From an uncultured virus (IMG/VR IMGVR_UViG_3300035698_030063) (taxonomy: Duplodnaviria; Heunggongvirae; Uroviricota; Caudoviricetes), in IMG/VR virus record IMGVR_UViG_3300035698_030063: DNA of 64,000 nucleotides, one strand, 5' to 3'. Positions 59,701-64,000 of this stretch are shown piece after piece. Numbering within the stretch: the first letter of the stretch is position 1; every line of letters starts with the position of its first letter. A program made the translations under genes and the position numbers. The notes under the pieces are model-generated. The model did not search any database, was not told the DNA's origin, and worked only from the letters and a program-made list of their open reading frames with translations.

Positions 59701-62692
59701 AGTAGGAGATATGAGCGCGTCTCAATTTGGTAGTGGTCGTTTTAAATTTACTCAAATGTCAACGATTAATCATAATGGTAGAAAATCAGAAAGATTATTA
59801 CCTATTCGTTTGCCTATGCAGACTTTTGATAATTTTGTTTATAGCTTAGCATCTACATATGAAGATACAGATAGAAATAAGATGGGAACATCTGTAACTT
59901 TTTATGATATTATAATTACAAATGGAGAAGTAATATTAGCAGCTACTAGTAATGGGATATGGATAAGTGAGAATTATGGAAATGATTGGGATCAAGCTTC
60001 TGATTTTTCTGTAGCTGTGCGTAAATTGTACAAATCTATTGCTGGAGATTATTATGCATTAACAAATTATGGAGTTTATAAAAATAACGGAACAAGTTTT
60101 AGAACATGGGATTTGATGGACGGTGTAGAATTTTCAAAAAGTATAAGAGACATAACTGAAGATAGAAGTGGTAATATATATGTAAGCACTGATCTGGGCG
60201 TTTTTAAATTAAATAGTGAAATTATCCCTTACATAGAAGATACTTGGCAAAAGATGCCTATATTCGGAGCTAGGAGTTCAGAATCTTATGCTATTATTTA
60301 TGATGGTGATCATGATAGAGGATCAATCCCAGGAACAGGAAGAATTCTTGTAAGTAATGAGATAGGTTTGGTCCAATCTGTTGATGAAGGGTTGACATGG
60401 AATTACATAGCTGATTTAGAAGCTCTTATTAAAGTTAGAGATTTTATAATTGATAATGGTTATATTTTTGCTTTATCAGATAACTCTATCTATAGAGAGA
60501 AGATAGGAGAAAATGTTTTTGTAAAAATAGCAGACATAGATTCTACTACGACTAAAGATATAGTAATTTTTGCAGGTCAATTTTATATCACTACTAATAA
60601 TGGTCTGAAAAAATCTTTAGCTCAAAACATATATACTGAAACTAATATTTCTATTGTAGCTACTTTTGAAAAGTTAAATATAAATAATATAGTTATTCCT
60701 GCAACTACTATAGATTTAATTGATGAAAATATGTTTGTTGGTTCTGATAGGTTGCTATATGTAATGGAGTCGAATGGTAATGTGGGACTACAACTTGAGC
60801 AAAAAGAAACGGTAGTCCCAAGCGTATATGTAAATGGAGTGTTACAAAAATTAGGATTTTATTATAATAATAGTGGAAATGAACAAAACATAAGTTTTGA
60901 TGAAATAAGAGATGAAGATAGCTCTATTTCTGTTTCTAATAAATATGATATATATAATTCAGAATTTGGAGGTTGGGTATATAATAAATACGATGCCAAA
61001 TTTAAAATTTTTAATAATAATTTGGTGTTTGGAGAATCTAGAGATGAAATTTCAATAGATATTAATCAATTTGCTGTGGTTGTTCTTCCTACTTATGATG
61101 ATAATAATGCTCATAAAGAAGGAGCAGACAAGTATAAAGTTGATCTAGATGCTAATCTTATTTCGATAACAGATGAAGCACTTCCTGAAGGAGATGCTTT
61201 AGTAAGTCTTATTTCTGATACATATCAAAATTTTGAATTATTTTTATCACAGTTGTATGAAGAAACTAGAATAGTTATTAACGAAGACGGGACAACATCT
61301 GATTTTGTGTTACCATCTATACCTACAGATGTGATAGTTAAGAGGGATAGCGTATCAAATAGTGGAGAATCTATACAAATAGAAGAACCAGTTTATACTG
61401 AGATTAATGCTGATAGAGGAACTTCTTATGACACATCTGTTAATGTGATAGATGGACTTTTTACATTTGGTTTGCCTTTTGATAAATTTGATTCTCTTAC
61501 ATTAGATATTTTTGATGTAACTATTAAAAATGCTGGAGAAAATTCTCATAGAGAATTAGAGAATGTTTTTGAGGAAGCATATTCGGGGCCTTCATCATAT
61601 TTATCACAGGTTCAACAAGTTAATTTAGTTAAGATGGGTTTATTTACAGAGAAGACGTATCCAGGAGAACAAGAAGCTATTAATCCGTTACTTCAGTTTA
61701 AAGCTGTTATTCCAGATAATAGCGATTGGTATGATGTCTTAAATTCTACTATTAATTATGATGAGCAGGAAATTAATGAAGACATTACATTAGCAATTAA
61801 TTATCCTTCAGAAGTAATCTACATAGGAGAAATAGAGACTGTTATGGTTGGTGGTAAGGGTGGAGTCATATCTATAAATGCAATTACTTTAGAAATTAAT
61901 GAGGTAGATTTTGGAATTATTGATTCAGATACGTTGATTAGAGGTATATTACAAACAAGTAACGGCATATTTATTTTAACAGATGATGAGATTTTTGTTT
62001 CACTTGATCTGGGAGCTACTTGGAGCGAGTATAATAGAAGCGGACTACCTAATCAATTATATTCTATTGGGACTATTAACAATAATTTACTAGTCGGTGC
62101 TGAAGATGGTATCTATATAAAGTTGTCTAATTCTGATGTCATAGATTGGGAGAAAGTTAAAGATTCTGAGACTCCTGTAGAAATTATGCATAGTTCTAAT
62201 ATTTTATTTGTTGTAGTTGGAGTTATAAATGAGGATGATGGAATACAAATAGATAAGAAGATTTTTATTACTGGTAATGGATTTACTTATTCAGATACTG
62301 GTATCGGAGAAGATTTGGATATCACAGATATTGATAGACATGGGTTCGTAACTACCTACGTATCAACTAATCAAGGATTATATTCTGATAATGGATCATT
62401 TAATAGTTTGGAACCTAAGTTGCAAAATGTAGATTTGGGGGAACTTATCCAAGAAGGAGATACTATTAACGATACGACTACTGATGATGCAAATAAGGTC
62501 GTTATAGGGGCTAGTAATGGTTCGTATGGTTTAATAACAGATAACATATTGAATATTAAAGGAGATACTTCTCTAGAAGTTATTCATAAAATCCTTATAG
62601 TGGGAGATGATGAATGGCTGTTTGGTCAGAATCTGTTTAAAGTTCCATTCTTAGATTATCCGATTAGATTAACAACAGGCGCTCCTATGTAG
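56774..62692 (+). CDS. Giant virion protein (1972 aa): FN3 repeats and BNR/Asp-box propellers
   Basis: YEYQVIAVDLSGNES, YTYFVTAVDTHGKES (FN3); SENYGNDW, SVDEGLTW, SLDLGATW (Asp-boxes); N-terminus paralogous to 31975. Confidence 0.75.
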   Translation: MPYKTRYYDLEAFKTGDRYSSRTDRRRFTIIDNEMAFITDFIGSGLIFGWDITNNGDGTVFISNGMGLINRRVVESFGGFDVTLSSNSVHYFVIEARDGVVGGTSSHSNIVKVTAIDTISPDPPTGVQKEDSVLDYLSTLPSISDELTDYLRNLMDRGGEDDSLELIPYKEVAFSWSANTEVDFSHYKITRGFGSDVTVLGVTTELIYVDINLESDTNYEYQVIAVDLSGNESGTTEIEIFTDVDSRIPSAPQFVQVFPGDETLQVIWNNSPTSNVPNYRVEVQELNIDYNVVGSPTVTIIPADTQSEFGSSYVIFENLSLNINYEITVYSQSKASILSDGASKKVLLRSNPGAGEVNNIELEFSISTFENVGVETKVSWKYQRSNPSISFAEKFLVTFIENGIRFSEPIEILETVANITCPGGDESSGKCYELDVKYIPYINNNILEYESIKQYNPYVVVVQTEDSDGNISSGTIIRVSRTSVSDTLPAIADFTMERESNNDIFLQWINPTQPYFAYNRLTVNIIDLTTTDVLGTNFVDNAIIGKATTYIIPSSQFDINFRYTVTITPYDVFTQDGGDGAEGEGFSQVKQFTESPNIVRPSIPTGLKINPGDKLTSLSWNLDTKDEDIEFYKIYRALYSTYQRSSNFSVINTIPSSLHVFTDYTPSNGTSYTYFVTAVDTHGKESLNPLDDGHISTRAVSGTSSDSSYLSSPEGLIASYGSNNTDVELSWEISGGTFDGYEILRSIGNNYSFIIIDRVSVSVISYIDIDALLKHDEEYYYMVNKYRDEVSFIVKSSSALTDNQISIGKVTTSGGVSNVNIDLSSVVNIANLEDPLTDLTNTSLNVHRHANDLGIDKRIELRSNVRISDWTTVDYQVYTTQQDIQGATNYFVQISGELNEEYFITNGIVDAVALAQARAGESPILFEIVEDKDQIVFNESLFSQSSLIVTPYAEEPTVTLELLGISEVDNLLPEVKVGDMSASQFGSGRFKFTQMSTINHNGRKSERLLPIRLPMQTFDNFVYSLASTYEDTDRNKMGTSVTFYDIIITNGEVILAATSNGIWISENYGNDWDQASDFSVAVRKLYKSIAGDYYALTNYGVYKNNGTSFRTWDLMDGVEFSKSIRDITEDRSGNIYVSTDLGVFKLNSEIIPYIEDTWQKMPIFGARSSESYAIIYDGDHDRGSIPGTGRILVSNEIGLVQSVDEGLTWNYIADLEALIKVRDFIIDNGYIFALSDNSIYREKIGENVFVKIADIDSTTTKDIVIFAGQFYITTNNGLKKSLAQNIYTETNISIVATFEKLNINNIVIPATTIDLIDENMFVGSDRLLYVMESNGNVGLQLEQKETVVPSVYVNGVLQKLGFYYNNSGNEQNISFDEIRDEDSSISVSNKYDIYNSEFGGWVYNKYDAKFKIFNNNLVFGESRDEISIDINQFAVVVLPTYDDNNAHKEGADKYKVDLDANLISITDEALPEGDALVSLISDTYQNFELFLSQLYEETRIVINEDGTTSDFVLPSIPTDVIVKRDSVSNSGESIQIEEPVYTEINADRGTSYDTSVNVIDGLFTFGLPFDKFDSLTLDIFDVTIKNAGENSHRELENVFEEAYSGPSSYLSQVQQVNLVKMGLFTEKTYPGEQEAINPLLQFKAVIPDNSDWYDVLNSTINYDEQEINEDITLAINYPSEVIYIGEIETVMVGGKGGVISINAITLEINEVDFGIIDSDTLIRGILQTSNGIFILTDDEIFVSLDLGATWSEYNRSGLPNQLYSIGTINNNLLVGAEDGIYIKLSNSDVIDWEKVKDSETPVEIMHSSNILFVVVGVINEDDGIQIDKKIFITGNGFTYSDTGIGEDLDITDIDRHGFVTTYVSTNQGLYSDNGSFNSLEPKLQNVDLGELIQEGDTINDTTTDDANKVVIGASNGSYGLITDNILNIKGDTSLEVIHKILIVGDDEWLFGQNLFKVPFLDYPIRLTTGAPM

Positions 62693-62700
62693 AGGAATAT

Positions 62701-64000
62701 ATGGCTTATACACAAATACAAAAAATAGAAAATCCAATTCCATCAGCAAGTGATAAGTGGGGAGTAAGGTCTGTTGTAGATGGATACCATATGATCGTTG
62801 CAAGATCTGGAACTTCTTTAACAAAAGTATATAAAAGAGACATTGATGGAGTATGGCAAAATCAAGGGACTGTAACTGGGCAAACAGGTCAGTCTATGAG
62901 TGGTAATTATTTTACTGTTGCTGTTGCTGCTTCACAAGATTTGAAAATATATGATAAAGATAGTTTGTCTTCTCCTTTGCAAACACTTAATGAGTCTACG
63001 GATGGAACTGCTACTTTTGGAAATTCTGTTGTTATCAGCGAAAATTATATAGTTATAGGAGATCAAGCAAAAGATACTAATACTGGTCAAATATTTATTT
63101 ATGAAAAAACTGGAACCAATTCATGGACAGCCTATGCTAATAATCCAGTTGAAGCAGACGCTTTGAATGAACAAGATTTTTTTGGTTCTTCGGTTGCTAC
63201 TAACGATGAATCTATCATTATTGGAGCATTAGGTGACAACAGTAAAAAAGGAGCAGTTTATATCTTTCAAAAAGATGTAGATACTGGGGTGTGGGAGCAA
63301 ACTCAGAAAATATTTGCCTCAGATGGATTAGTAAATGATCAATTTGGAGAATCTATTTCTGCTTCTGGAGATCATTTTGTGGTAGGAGCTAGTTTAAAAG
63401 ATAGTTTGAGTGGGGATATCAATTCTGGTGCTGCTTATGTCTTTAAATATTCTACAAGTTGGTTTGAGATCGATAAATTAGTTAGTGTTGATGAGACTGA
63501 TCCTGAAGGGGACCATTTTGGAGAATCTGTTTATATTAATGGAGATCATATTATAGTTGGTTCTCCTGCTGCTAGATTAAATAAGGGAGTTGCAGATGTA
63601 TTTTTTAAGAAGAGAAGTTGGGGACATTTGAAAAAGATATTAGGATCAGATACTGCGGCTGATGATGATTTTGGAACATCCGTTTCTATATCTGGCAGAT
63701 TTATAGCTGTCGGTTCTCCTGATAATGAATCAGCAACTATAGGTGGTTCTGCCTACGTGTACGAAGATCCTCCAGTTAGATTAAGACTAGCCCAAGAATT
63801 TGAAGTTAATAGTGAATATCTACCATCTAAAGCATCAGTTTATTTGAAAAGAGTTGGTCAAAACTTAACTGATTATTGGCCTATTTATAATACTTCAAAA
63901 ACTGTAATAGATGCTACTAATTTTTCAACAATTGATCAAGCGAACACAGAGGGAGAAATGGTTATTGATGCAGATCAATTTATAAAGTTAGTAGCAGGGG
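62701..64000 (+). CDS. FG-GAP repeat beta-propeller virion protein (partial, runs off window end)
   Basis: GAGG SD, ATG 62701; repeated DxFGxSV(A/S)...IxVGA/GSP...GAxYVF units; open to window end. Confidence 0.82.
   Translation, partial: MAYTQIQKIENPIPSASDKWGVRSVVDGYHMIVARSGTSLTKVYKRDIDGVWQNQGTVTGQTGQSMSGNYFTVAVAASQDLKIYDKDSLSSPLQTLNESTDGTATFGNSVVISENYIVIGDQAKDTNTGQIFIYEKTGTNSWTAYANNPVEADALNEQDFFGSSVATNDESIIIGALGDNSKKGAVYIFQKDVDTGVWEQTQKIFASDGLVNDQFGESISASGDHFVVGASLKDSLSGDINSGAAYVFKYSTSWFEIDKLVSVDETDPEGDHFGESVYINGDHIIVGSPAARLNKGVADVFFKKRSWGHLKKILGSDTAADDDFGTSVSISGRFIAVGSPDNESATIGGSAYVYEDPPVRLRLAQEFEVNSEYLPSKASVYLKRVGQNLTDYWPIYNTSKTVIDATNFSTIDQANTEGEMVIDADQFIKLVAG

Noticed and set aside
1..64000. 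tRNA, rRNA, CRISPR array, terminase, portal, full-length capsid or tail sheath genes
   Set aside because: None recognisable by eye; intergenic gaps are short and AT-rich. A tRNAscan/HMM run would be needed to exclude them formally.

Overview
This is an AT-rich (roughly 30% GC by eye), densely coded segment with every credible gene on the + strand. It comes from a large tailed bacteriophage, judged from AGGAG Shine-Dalgarno sites, sigma-type promoters, PhoH and the neck/tail gene order. Bases 1-14 kb are accessory genes: many small ORFs, a macrodomain, a SEC-C protein, a gp32-like SSB-like protein, a broken intein-containing phoH, a 1070-aa protein, an adenine methyltransferase bracketed by a 90-bp duplication, a volactin-like actin and HNH endonucleases in three states of decay. 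Bases 15-24 kb hold the neck adaptor, tail terminator, tail tube, tail assembly chaperones with a GGGAAAC -1 frameshift, and the tape measure. Bases 24-64 kb are about 40 kb of very large acidic baseplate/appendage proteins (LamG, FN3/Ig, beta-propeller, FG-GAP), interrupted by an RHH regulator and a GT4 glycosyltransferase. The most striking signal is that five mostly unrelated proteins, one of them missed by the ORF track, all end in the same C-terminal peptide, [P/F]I-x-x-R-F-[DE]-I-L-D-L-stop, encoded with synonymous codon variation. The tagged proteins include an SSB-like protein and what looks like a major-capsid N-terminal fragment, which suggests an undescribed tag/adaptor (docking, degron or decoy) system. 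All family assignments come from motif recognition by eye; no database searches were run.
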